Positions 9,104 to 18,481 of a stretch of 64,000 bases of DNA are shown here, one piece after another. The stretch is from a virus. Location: the IMG/VR virus record IMGVR_UViG_3300042197_001567, positions 1 to 64,000 of that record; one strand, written 5' to 3'. The translations under genes were made by a program, and so were the position numbers. Under the pieces are notes generated by a model. The model saw only the letters and a program-made list of their open reading frames with translations, was not told where the DNA came from and did no database searches. How positions within the stretch are numbered: position 1 is the stretch's first letter; each line of letters begins with the position of its first letter.

Positions 9104-10678
9104 ATGGGAGGATTAAAACCTATTGGTAGTGAAAAACTACAAGGAATGGAAAAAATCAAAAGAATGATTGAAATTTCGCGTTATAACGAAAATTTTCCAT
9201 CAAGAGTAAATGAGGACTCTAAAAATACATATAGTGTCGATTTAGCCGATGGTAAAACATACTCTATCGTAAAAGAAAAGGGTGGATATATTATTAAAGA
9301 AACTCTTGGAGGTATTTACGACGAATATATTGAACCAATACAAAATAGAAAATATTTTTCTTCTTTTTCACAAGCACTTAAAAAAGTGAATTTGATGGCA
9401 AAAGAATTTAATACGTTGTATGAAAATGAAGAAGGAACTTCACTTTTAGGCGAAAAAAAAAAGTTTAAATTAAGGTTAGGTAAATCAAAAACTCAAGACA
9501 CACCAGAACCAGCAGGAGCGATGCCACCGGCACCAGAACCAGCAGGAACGATGCCACCGGCACCAGAACCAGCAGGAACGATGCCACCGGCACCTGTAGG
9601 AGATGCGTCTGGAGGTATGCCGCCGGCACCTGTAGGAGATGCGTCTGGAGGTATGCCGCCAGCACCTGGAGGTGACGACATGGGGGGTATGCCACCAGCG
9701 CCAGAGGGAGATGATATGGGTGATATGCCACCAGCGCCAGAGGTAGATGATATGGGTGATATGCCACCAGCGCCAGAGGTAGATGATATGGGTGATATGC
9801 CACCAGCTCCAGAAGATGATGAAGACATGTCAGACTCTGAAGAAGGTGACGAAGAATCATCAAAAAAAGATGAGGGAACATCATTTAAAGTAATTCAAAA
9901 ACTCACAGGTAAATTAGCTCAAAAGATTAGAAAATTCAATAACAATGATGATATGGACCCGAATGATGTAAAATACATCATTAATTCTATTTTATCAGCA
10001 TTGGATGTCGATCTGTTAGACGAGGATGATATCGAAGAAATAATATCAAGACTTGAGGGTGATACTGATGAAGATGAGGACGAAAATGATGAAATGTCAA
10101 AATCTGATGAAGATGAAAATATGGGGGATGAAGAACCAATGGACTCTTCCGATGAAGATATGCCTCCACCGCCAGAATCCCCAGAGGGTGGTGAAATGAA
10201 AGAATATTCACATTACTCTGAATTAGACGAAATAATGAATTTACCAGATGCAATTAATAAAAGCATCGGTTCTAAATTTTCCGGTAATGTACATGATAAA
10301 ATGCAAGAATTTGGTGAAGAGTATGGTATGCATGGAGCAAGAAAACCAAGACACGAGTACAAACATTTGTCTCACGGAACTTTTGGTGAATCCAAGGTTG
10401 ACAAAATTTTATCAAAATATTTTGTTCAAACAAAAAAAGAAATTATCAACGAAGAAAAGAAAAAATTCGAAAAGCAGACTAAGCTTGATATGAAATTACA
10501 GAAAGATTCTAATTATATTAGAACAATTTCTGAAAGCGTTCAACAGGAAAGATCATCTCTTAAGTATTTGGAAAATAACCCAACATCAAAACTTGTTGGT
10601 AAAACCAACCAAGGGAATATCATTTTCAAAGAAGGAAATATTATTACAAAACTTACAAAGAACGGAAAAGTAATATGA
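9104..10678 (+). CDS. Acidic Pro-rich protein, probably head-associated/internal
   Basis: 524 aa; MPPAP repeats; D/E-rich; lies in the late block before terminase. Confidence 0.6.
   Translation: MGGLKPIGSEKLQGMEKIKRMIEISRYNENFPSRVNEDSKNTYSVDLADGKTYSIVKEKGGYIIKETLGGIYDEYIEPIQNRKYFSSFSQALKKVNLMAKEFNTLYENEEGTSLLGEKKKFKLRLGKSKTQDTPEPAGAMPPAPEPAGTMPPAPEPAGTMPPAPVGDASGGMPPAPVGDASGGMPPAPGGDDMGGMPPAPEGDDMGDMPPAPEVDDMGDMPPAPEVDDMGDMPPAPEDDEDMSDSEEGDEESSKKDEGTSFKVIQKLTGKLAQKIRKFNNNDDMDPNDVKYIINSILSALDVDLLDEDDIEEIISRLEGDTDEDEDENDEMSKSDEDENMGDEEPMDSSDEDMPPPPESPEGGEMKEYSHYSELDEIMNLPDAINKSIGSKFSGNVHDKMQEFGEEYGMHGARKPRHEYKHLSHGTFGESKVDKILSKYFVQTKKEIINEEKKKFEKQTKLDMKLQKDSNYIRTISESVQQERSSLKYLENNPTSKLVGKTNQGNIIFKEGNIITKLTKNGKVI
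9503..9813 (+). repeat. Coding tandem repeats (ATGCCACC(A/G)GC... units of about 30-39 nt encoding MPPAP)
   Basis: About nine MPPAP units with progressive drift of the repeat unit. Confidence 0.9.
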
Positions 10679-11082
10679 GTTTTTTAATTTACATCAACGG
10701 ACTAGGTTCTAACTATAAAGGTGAACATATCTATGAATTTATTTTTTCAAATTCATTAGATGAAGTCTGGGGTGAAAATTGGGAGTCTAAACCAGCAAAT
10801 GGTTATCCACTACCACCAGATATTGAATACATATCAAAGGTTGGGGTTTTGACTCATGGCGAAATCAAATTAGAATTAATTCAAGATTCGGATGTTTTTT
10901 CTGTTCAAGATTCACTTGATGGTGTAATTGCTCTTGGGTGGGAAAAAGAAGACAAAATTGATTTTTCATTGGTGAAAAGATTAGTATTTAGATTTGGAGA
11001 AGATGAACAAATCGTAAAAGATAAATTATACGAAAGAGACCTCGTATTACAATTTGAAAAAAAAGTAGTTTATGAAAGCTAA
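10675..11082 (+). CDS. Hypothetical protein
   Basis: 135-aa ORF, ATGA-coupled to the upstream gene. Confidence 0.8.
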   Translation: MSFLIYINGLGSNYKGEHIYEFIFSNSLDEVWGENWESKPANGYPLPPDIEYISKVGVLTHGEIKLELIQDSDVFSVQDSLDGVIALGWEKEDKIDFSLVKRLVFRFGEDEQIVKDKLYERDLVLQFEKKVVYES

Positions 11083-12064
11083 AAACGATGTATTAATTTT
11101 ATTGGAAAATGGTTTCCATTTTGAATTTGTATCAAGATTAAACCCAAAAGAAGTTTCAATTTTGGCAGAAAAAGTTTATAAAAGAAATCAAGAAACAAAA
11201 GAGGCGGTACAAACGGTACAACAAACCGGATATAAAACAACAGTTACTCAAGGAACAGAGGCAAATTTAAAAGTTCCTGGTGCTGACATAAGTGTGGACC
11301 CACAAAAAGGTATTACAATGACATCAACATCAAAACCCATTGGTACCGGAGAAGTTACAGAAAAATTCCAATCAAAAAAACAACAAGGTTTATTTTGGGC
11401 TCGTTGTAATAAATGTAAAAATAAAAACTGCGAGTGGTGTAAAATGGCAAAAGAATTTTCCCATAAAACAACTAAAAAGGATTATGAAAATATGTCTGAC
11501 GAGGTATCGGAAGATCTTTATACAAAAAGGGCGGACAAAGAAATGGAAAATTATCTTGAAGAAAGAATATTTGAAATGATCGAAAGGCACATAAGTCCAA
11601 AAATGACTAAAAGTGAATTAATTACTACAATTTTAGAAAAAGTTTCAAAACATGAAAACATGATTTTGAAAAACCCGAAGAAAAATACTATGTTTTCCAA
11701 AGACGAAGGTAAAGAAATGAAAACACCAATTGGTAAAATGTTTAGTATGGGTGGCGAAATGAAAGAAAACACAAAAGAAAAAGAAAGAGAGAAGGAGAAA
11801 GATAGAACAAAAGAAAAGGATAGGGATAGGAGAGGAAATCCTTTTAGGGACCCGAATCCTGATGTTGAAGAAAGACCAAAAGCAAACACAAAAGAAAAAG
11901 AAAGAGAGAAGGAGAAAGATAGAACAAAAGAAAAGGATAGGGATAGGAGAGGAAATCCTTTTAGGGACCCGAATCCTGATGTTGAAGAAAGACCAAAGGC
12001 TGGTCAAGAAACAGAAAAGCAAAAAAGTGATTTTATGCAAGTTATAACAATGACTTTAAAATAA
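11072..12064 (+). CDS. Hypothetical protein with Cys cluster and duplicated charged repeat
   Basis: EKFQSKKQQGLFWARCNKCKNKNCEWC; duplicated ~38-aa unit. Confidence 0.75.
   Translation: MKAKNDVLILLENGFHFEFVSRLNPKEVSILAEKVYKRNQETKEAVQTVQQTGYKTTVTQGTEANLKVPGADISVDPQKGITMTSTSKPIGTGEVTEKFQSKKQQGLFWARCNKCKNKNCEWCKMAKEFSHKTTKKDYENMSDEVSEDLYTKRADKEMENYLEERIFEMIERHISPKMTKSELITTILEKVSKHENMILKNPKKNTMFSKDEGKEMKTPIGKMFSMGGEMKENTKEKEREKEKDRTKEKDRDRRGNPFRDPNPDVEERPKANTKEKEREKEKDRTKEKDRDRRGNPFRDPNPDVEERPKAGQETEKQKSDFMQVITMTLK
11767..11997 (+). repeat. Perfect 114-nt direct repeat (period 117)
   Basis: 11767-11880 is identical to 11884-11997. Confidence 0.95.
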
Positions 12065-12070
12065 AAAAAT

Positions 12071-13459
12071 ATGAGTGAAGAACTATTAAAAAGATTAATT
12101 AGACGGGTCATAAAAGAAGCGCCAGTTGATGATTACCTTCAGGATTATCCAGAAAGGATGCATCCAAGAACAAAAGAAAGAATTGAAGATCCAGAAGGAA
12201 TATATGCGAAAAACAAAGCGTTTCCTAGTGGTGTTTCCGATGTTGAAAGAGTTGCGGCAACAAGATTTAAAGAGATTGTTGATTACGTAAAAAGGTATTA
12301 TGGTACCGATAGAAACATTACTGATCCATCAGTAAAAAGAGCAATCCAGATGGAACAAATGATGGCCGTTAGACAAGTCATGTCTATTGAACCACGACAT
12401 AGAGAAGCTCTTCGTGATCTTGCAATGGAAATCGCATCTAAAGAAGAAGGATGGATGCCTTATTCAGTTGAAGATGATCAACCGCTTACCATGAAAGATG
12501 CAATCGAAAGTGGTCTTGTGGTAAAAAGACAATCAAATAAGGGTGGAGTTATTTATGAATTTGATTACGTAAAAATTCAAACTTATTTAGGTGAAAAACC
12601 AATTAACCCAAATGCATTTCAAATGAAACCTGCGAAACTGGAAAAATTACCAATACCCGCAAATTTTTCATTTGATATTGATGATTTAACTCCTGAAGAA
12701 GAAAGACAATTAGAAATAGAAAAAAGAAACGTTATAAACGCGCTTATTCAAGGTAACGCAAAAAAAGGTCAATTCGCATATCAAATTGAAGAATATAAAA
12801 GACAGCTGGACCAAATAGACCCTAGTTTATACCCTCTTTATAATAAAATTATGAGCGCAAATGACTTGATGTACTTTACCGATGAAGATTTAATTGAAGC
12901 TTTAGGTGGAAACGCGGCTGGTGAAGCCGGTAAGGGTGGTGATGATGATGACGATAACGATGACGATGGTGACGAAAAAGATTTATGGTATGCAAACGGG
13001 CTTATATTTCCAATTTTAGTACACGAGTTGACAAAAGTATTTGATATGATCCCAGCAAGAAGTCAGTGGAAAGGTATGGACCCTGAAATGGCAAGTCAAG
13101 TTATTAGTCAAACAGATACAATGTCAAACGAACCCATGAATTTTAGAGTCGGAACTCCACTTCTTAATGATGTTCGTAATGTATTACCAGACGAATTAAT
13201 TACAAACCCAAAAATGAGAGTTATTAAACCTTTTTTCCAACAAGCACTTTACTCGGTACCAGCAAAAGAATTTCTAAAAGATATAATTGCAAATGTGGTG
13301 TCAACAAATCCAAAAGATAAGGAAAAGGCCAGAAAAAAATTCCAAGAATTATATGAAAAGGCAAAGGCTGAATACAAAAAATATAAAGAAAATTCTGACG
13401 ATGATGACGATGATGATTTTGGTGGAGAAGATGATTTTCTAAAATCTTTAGGAATTTAA
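12071..13459 (+). CDS. Hypothetical protein (possible head-packaged protein)
   Basis: 462 aa; N-terminal LIRRVIKE motif; VHELTK resembles a degenerate HExxH. Confidence 0.7.
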   Translation: MSEELLKRLIRRVIKEAPVDDYLQDYPERMHPRTKERIEDPEGIYAKNKAFPSGVSDVERVAATRFKEIVDYVKRYYGTDRNITDPSVKRAIQMEQMMAVRQVMSIEPRHREALRDLAMEIASKEEGWMPYSVEDDQPLTMKDAIESGLVVKRQSNKGGVIYEFDYVKIQTYLGEKPINPNAFQMKPAKLEKLPIPANFSFDIDDLTPEEERQLEIEKRNVINALIQGNAKKGQFAYQIEEYKRQLDQIDPSLYPLYNKIMSANDLMYFTDEDLIEALGGNAAGEAGKGGDDDDDNDDDGDEKDLWYANGLIFPILVHELTKVFDMIPARSQWKGMDPEMASQVISQTDTMSNEPMNFRVGTPLLNDVRNVLPDELITNPKMRVIKPFFQQALYSVPAKEFLKDIIANVVSTNPKDKEKARKKFQELYEKAKAEYKKYKENSDDDDDDDFGGEDDFLKSLGI

Positions 13460-13480
13460 TCAATCATTAAATATTATTAT

Positions 13481-13509
13481 AAACCCTCGACTATAAAATC
13501 GGGGGTTTT
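13481..13509 (+). terminator. Intrinsic terminator
   Basis: AAACCCTCGA-ctataaaa-TCGGGGGTTTT. Confidence 0.7.
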
Positions 13510-13531
13510 ATATTTATAATAAAGTGTATCA

Positions 13532-15304
13532 ATGGCTTTAACAAAAGAACAACTTACTATTGAATATGTGAAATGTATGAGGGATACTCCGTATGCCCTT
13601 CGTACGTATTTGCAAACTTACGACAATACAGTTCAAAAATATGTACCTTTGGAGTTATTTCCAGATCAGGTTACGCTTTTAAATGATTATGAAAATTACG
13701 AAGAAAATATCGCCTTAAAATACCGTCAAGCTGGGGTATCAACCGTAACCGCTGCATGGATATCCAAAAGGTTAGTTTTCGCTAAAAAAGAAAGGCCAGA
13801 AAAAATTCTAATTATTGCAAACAAACTTGATACATCGATGGAGATGGCAAATAAAATTAGATCATTTGTTGATCAATGGCCAAAATGGGTTGGTGCTGGA
13901 TTTTCTACGGATAAAAACTCACAAAGACATTATAAATTAACAAATGGATGTGAAGTCAAGGCGGTTGCAACATCAAGAGATGCTCTTCGTGGATATACAC
14001 CAACAATTCTTGTTTTTGACGAAGCCGCATTTATTGAGGCGGACAATGATTTCTGGGCTGCTTGTATGGCGTCCCTATCTACCGGTGGTAAAGTTATTGT
14101 AGTTTCCACACCCAACGGATATGATCCGATTTATTATGATGTTTACAACCAAGCAACAAAAGGTATTAACAACTTCAAGATTACGGAAATGTTTTGGTGG
14201 AGAGATCCAAGATACACAAAAGATTTGTATTTAGTACCCACCGATGACATGGTTGATTACCTGTTAAATAAAGACGACAAAGATCATTCTCAAAATATAT
14301 CATTTGGGCATATTGACACTTATGAAAGAGATTATGAAGAACTAAAAAAATATTTCCAACAAGGGTACAAACCATGTTCATCTTGGTATGAAAAAATGGT
14401 TAAAAAACTTAAATACGATAAAAGAAAAATAAACCAAGAGTTAAATTGCGAATTTCTTGGATCAGGTGATAACGTATTTAACAACAAAGAATTAGATTAT
14501 ATTAAAGAAAATTTACTTCAGGAAGCACCAACAAAAATGATGGGTAATTCTCTTTGGATTTGGAAAGATCCACAAGAAGGTCATAAATACATTATGGGAA
14601 TTGACGTTTCTCGTGGTGATAGTGAAGACTTTTCATCAATTCAAATTATAGATTTTGATGAAAGAGAACAAGTATTGGAATATGTTGGAAAAATTCCACC
14701 GGATTCATTAGCAGAAATTGCATATAAGTGGGCGGTTATGTATAGTGCGTTTATTGTAATCGATATCACCGGAGGAATGGGAGTTGCCACAAGTAGAAAA
14801 CTTCAAGAAATAGGTTATAAAAACCTATACATTGATGGAGTTGATAGTACAAACGTTTGGAATTATAATCCAAAGGCTCAAGATAAAATTCCTGGAATTA
14901 ATTTTAATAATAAAAGAGTTCAAATTATTGCAGCATTTGAAGAATATGTAAGACATAGATTCAAAATTAGAAGTGTTCGTTTATATAACGAAATGAATAC
15001 ATTTGTTTATCTCAATGGAAGACCTGATCACCAGAAAGGTCAACATGATGACTTAATAATGGCGATGTCCATGGCCATTTATGTTGGAGAGGTTGCATTT
15101 CAAAAACTTGAAAAGGTTACCCAACAGACAAAGGTTATGATTGAGTCATGGACTGTATCAAATAATGATGCGGTACAAAAACAAATACATTTTGATCCGG
15201 TTTTACCAAATGCAAATTTGATGAATGAAAGAAGGGGATATAACACAAACCCATCAAAAGATGACTATATGAAGTATAGTTGGTTATTTGGTGGTAAAAG
15301 ATAA
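13532..15304 (+). CDS. terL: Terminase large subunit (T4 gp17-like)
   Basis: KYRQAGVST Walker A, LVFDEAAF Walker B, STPNG, QELNCEFLGS, GIDVSRG RNase H motif, HDDLIMA. Confidence 0.95.
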   Translation: MALTKEQLTIEYVKCMRDTPYALRTYLQTYDNTVQKYVPLELFPDQVTLLNDYENYEENIALKYRQAGVSTVTAAWISKRLVFAKKERPEKILIIANKLDTSMEMANKIRSFVDQWPKWVGAGFSTDKNSQRHYKLTNGCEVKAVATSRDALRGYTPTILVFDEAAFIEADNDFWAACMASLSTGGKVIVVSTPNGYDPIYYDVYNQATKGINNFKITEMFWWRDPRYTKDLYLVPTDDMVDYLLNKDDKDHSQNISFGHIDTYERDYEELKKYFQQGYKPCSSWYEKMVKKLKYDKRKINQELNCEFLGSGDNVFNNKELDYIKENLLQEAPTKMMGNSLWIWKDPQEGHKYIMGIDVSRGDSEDFSSIQIIDFDEREQVLEYVGKIPPDSLAEIAYKWAVMYSAFIVIDITGGMGVATSRKLQEIGYKNLYIDGVDSTNVWNYNPKAQDKIPGINFNNKRVQIIAAFEEYVRHRFKIRSVRLYNEMNTFVYLNGRPDHQKGQHDDLIMAMSMAIYVGEVAFQKLEKVTQQTKVMIESWTVSNNDAVQKQIHFDPVLPNANLMNERRGYNTNPSKDDYMKYSWLFGGKR

Positions 15305-15310
15305 AAAAAT

Positions 15311-15568
15311 ATGGGATTACAATTAAGACCAACATCAGGTAAAATTTTAAATGGATCTACTTTAATCGTTCCCGGACAACCTATGTCTAGTTCAAAAGTG
15401 TTTCCAACAACGTTTCAGTTTAAAAAAGGAACATCTAGAGAATTAACCAAGGAATATAATGTTGTTTCACCAACACCAACTCCAACACCAACTCCAAGTC
15501 AAACTCCTTTAGTATCACCAACTCCATTACCAACTCAAACACCAACACCAAGTCCTACAAGATTTTAA
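15311..15568 (+). CDS. Small protein with PT-repeat tail
   Basis: SPTPTPTPTPSQTP... C-terminus. Confidence 0.7.
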   Translation: MGLQLRPTSGKILNGSTLIVPGQPMSSSKVFPTTFQFKKGTSRELTKEYNVVSPTPTPTPTPSQTPLVSPTPLPTQTPTPSPTRF

Positions 15569-15622
15569 TTTTTGAATTTGGAAAGTATTTATCTAAATAA
15601 ATAAAAATTAAAAACAATAAAA

Positions 15623-18427
15623 ATGGCTTTTGTAATTATTGATGACCCTGTTGGTGGGTTATCCTCAACAGTGAGATGTGGATCTAGTAACAACGCAAGA
15701 TCTCCATATTCTACAGTAAGTGGAGGTGCTCTAAACACTTCATCTGGAAAATATTCAACAATATCCGGTGGATATCTAAATACTACAAATAAAGATTATT
15801 CCGTTATCGGAGGTGGTTTATATAATACCACCATAGATGCTTTTAATACAATCGGGGGAGGATCAAGAAACACTTCACAAAAAAATTACTCAACAATTGG
15901 TGGAGGTTTCACAAACACTACTAATGGTTGTTTTACAACAATTGCTGGAGGTAGAAACAATAAATCACAAGCAAATTATTCCACAATAATTGGTGGTTGT
16001 AATAATATTGCAAATGGTATTGGGTCAATCGTATTTGGTTTTGACAATACTGCAAATGGTTATAATTCTGTTGTTTTAGGTGGGTCAAATATTGTGGGTA
16101 ATAACGACAATACAGTGTATGTTCCTTATTTAAATATTTCTTCATTACAAACTGGATCTTCAGTGAATAATCTAGGTATTGATGTGAATGGTAATGTTGT
16201 ATCTGGAGGTTTGCAACCAGATGTTTACATTACTGGAGGTACTATTGATTACAACACAGGTGATTTAACATTAAATAATAACAATTCAACTTCTGTTGTG
16301 ATTTCAGGGTTACAAGACATTTATGCTACAGGTGGTACCTTTACCTTGAACACTCTTACAATAGAAAATAATGATGGATCTTCATTTGATGTGACAGGAT
16401 TTACATCTGGGGGTGGTGGTTATCAACAAGTTACTTTTGATCAATTATATAGTTTGTACACAGGATTAACTTTAACACCAGGTAGTTTTTATTTGATTAC
16501 AGACTTCCAAACTTGTTATGACCAACCTAATTTTGATTCAACAGGATCTCCAATTACAACCGGAAATTATAAAACAGGAAACACAGAATCATTAGTTGTA
16601 TTAGCAACCGCACCTGACAAATTAGCAAGTAATGCATATTCATTAGATCATCCTAATGATAAAATTAAATATGACATAACTTTTATAACAACAGAAGTTA
16701 CTAATTCTCCAGCAAAAGGTAGAATTACAGAAAGGATAGATGAAAAAAATAATAGAGCCGACTATGATTTTAGAAATGTTCAATTTATAAGATATCACGG
16801 ATTTTTTTCTGAAACAATTCTCCCAGGTAAAATAGATATTGATTCTTTCGGTATTGTTACAGGATACGATACAACATTTAATTCAACATTTGTTGTTGGT
16901 GATATTTTTGGAGTGTATTTACCTTTTGCAAGTTCTGATATCGGAGGTTTTAGATATTATGAAATTGTGAGTATAAGTGGAGACACACTTATGGAAGTTA
17001 CCGGAAATAGTATTTATAACTACACAAACACATACTATTCAAGAGGGATCAATTTACCAATTCACATGAATCCTTTTCAATGTAATGTATTAAATCCTAC
17101 TTATACCGGTTTTACAGAATATTATACTTTTAACGACGGTGATAATTATAACACATATTTAGGAAATAATTCAGATTATGATACTTTCCTTTTATCTAAT
17201 AATGTTTTCCAAAATGGAAATTATTATCACAACTATTTTGAAGGTAATGTTGTTGGAAATACATTTAACGATGACATGGATTCAAACACTTGTGGTGCTT
17301 ATTTTGAATATAATATTATAACAAATGATTTTGATGATAATATTGTCGGTTCACATTTTAATCATAATATTATCGACTGTGATATGGATGGAAATATTAT
17401 TTCTGATAATTTTTCATTCAACATGTTGGGTGATAGTGATGGAAATGATTTTGATTACAATATTGTTTCATGGGGATTCAGATATAACTTTTTAACTTTG
17501 GATAATAATGATTTTTCAAGAAATCAGATCGGGCCTAACTTCAATGTTAATATAATCGATAGCTCTTTTGAAAATAACGTGATTGGTAGTGATTTTTACA
17601 ACAATTATATCGTGTATAGTAGTTTTGATACTAACAATATAGGTTATAATTTCAATAATAACAAGATAACTCAAAGTTTTAACAGAAATAATGTTGAGTC
17701 AAACTTTAATTTTAACATCCTTTCAGGAGGAACATTCAACGACAATAAAACTGGAAATGACTTCAATGGTAATATCTTAAGAGATTCAAATTTTTCTAAT
17801 AATACTATTGATGATAATTTTAATACTAATAATATTTATTCTAATTTCCAAAGAAATATAATTGGTTTGGATTCAGGATTAAATAATGTTTATTCCACGG
17901 TTCTGGATAATATGGTAGATTATATGTTCCAAAACAATATTGGTTTATCCTACTCTATAGGATCGACTAATTTCGAGGGTAACCAGTTTAATCAAATTGA
18001 TTCTAATAATTTTTCAGGAAACACATTTAATAATATCGCTGGAAATAACTTTTCAAATAATAACATTCTTGGAGTTTTTTCTTACAATACAATAGGATCA
18101 TATTTTTACAATAATACAATTGGAGATGGATTTGGTTATGGGTTTAGTACAAGTCAAGGAAACAATATCGGGAATTATTTTTATAGCAACACAATTGGTG
18201 AGTATTTTTATAATAACGAAATTGTTGACGGATTCTATTTGAATTCCGTTGTTGACTACTTCCAATTAAATAATGTTAAAACTTCGTTATCAAGTATTGA
18301 TTTTACATTGGCAACACACGTTTATGGAAATTACAATTGTGAAATATTCAAAAGACAAGATTCTAATAATAGACTATCTTATTATGATGGTGCTGACGTT
18401 ATACAAATTGTGAATATTGACGCATAA
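15623..18427 (+). CDS. Fibre/adhesin-like virion protein (GGxxN repeats plus Asn-rich beta-helix)
   Basis: N-terminal MAFVIIDDPVGG; 14-aa (S/T)xxGGxxN repeats; C-terminal FxxNxIG repeats. Confidence 0.7.
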   Translation: MAFVIIDDPVGGLSSTVRCGSSNNARSPYSTVSGGALNTSSGKYSTISGGYLNTTNKDYSVIGGGLYNTTIDAFNTIGGGSRNTSQKNYSTIGGGFTNTTNGCFTTIAGGRNNKSQANYSTIIGGCNNIANGIGSIVFGFDNTANGYNSVVLGGSNIVGNNDNTVYVPYLNISSLQTGSSVNNLGIDVNGNVVSGGLQPDVYITGGTIDYNTGDLTLNNNNSTSVVISGLQDIYATGGTFTLNTLTIENNDGSSFDVTGFTSGGGGYQQVTFDQLYSLYTGLTLTPGSFYLITDFQTCYDQPNFDSTGSPITTGNYKTGNTESLVVLATAPDKLASNAYSLDHPNDKIKYDITFITTEVTNSPAKGRITERIDEKNNRADYDFRNVQFIRYHGFFSETILPGKIDIDSFGIVTGYDTTFNSTFVVGDIFGVYLPFASSDIGGFRYYEIVSISGDTLMEVTGNSIYNYTNTYYSRGINLPIHMNPFQCNVLNPTYTGFTEYYTFNDGDNYNTYLGNNSDYDTFLLSNNVFQNGNYYHNYFEGNVVGNTFNDDMDSNTCGAYFEYNIITNDFDDNIVGSHFNHNIIDCDMDGNIISDNFSFNMLGDSDGNDFDYNIVSWGFRYNFLTLDNNDFSRNQIGPNFNVNIIDSSFENNVIGSDFYNNYIVYSSFDTNNIGYNFNNNKITQSFNRNNVESNFNFNILSGGTFNDNKTGNDFNGNILRDSNFSNNTIDDNFNTNNIYSNFQRNIIGLDSGLNNVYSTVLDNMVDYMFQNNIGLSYSIGSTNFEGNQFNQIDSNNFSGNTFNNIAGNNFSNNNILGVFSYNTIGSYFYNNTIGDGFGYGFSTSQGNNIGNYFYSNTIGEYFYNNEIVDGFYLNSVVDYFQLNNVKTSLSSIDFTLATHVYGNYNCEIFKRQDSNNRLSYYDGADVIQIVNIDA

Positions 18428-18481
18428 ATAAAGTAAAGCCTGGAGTATTTAATTTTAGAGTTTTATTGTTAAGTTTTTGAT

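Noticed and set aside
9503-11997. CRISPR array
   Set aside because: Repeats are in-frame coding repeats without unique spacers; no cas genes
9465-12047. Antisense and alternate-frame ORFs over repeats (9465-9884, 9493-9828, 11551-11889, 11645-12040) and similar shadows elsewhere
   Set aside because: Shadows of low-complexity coding sequence within longer, well-supported genes
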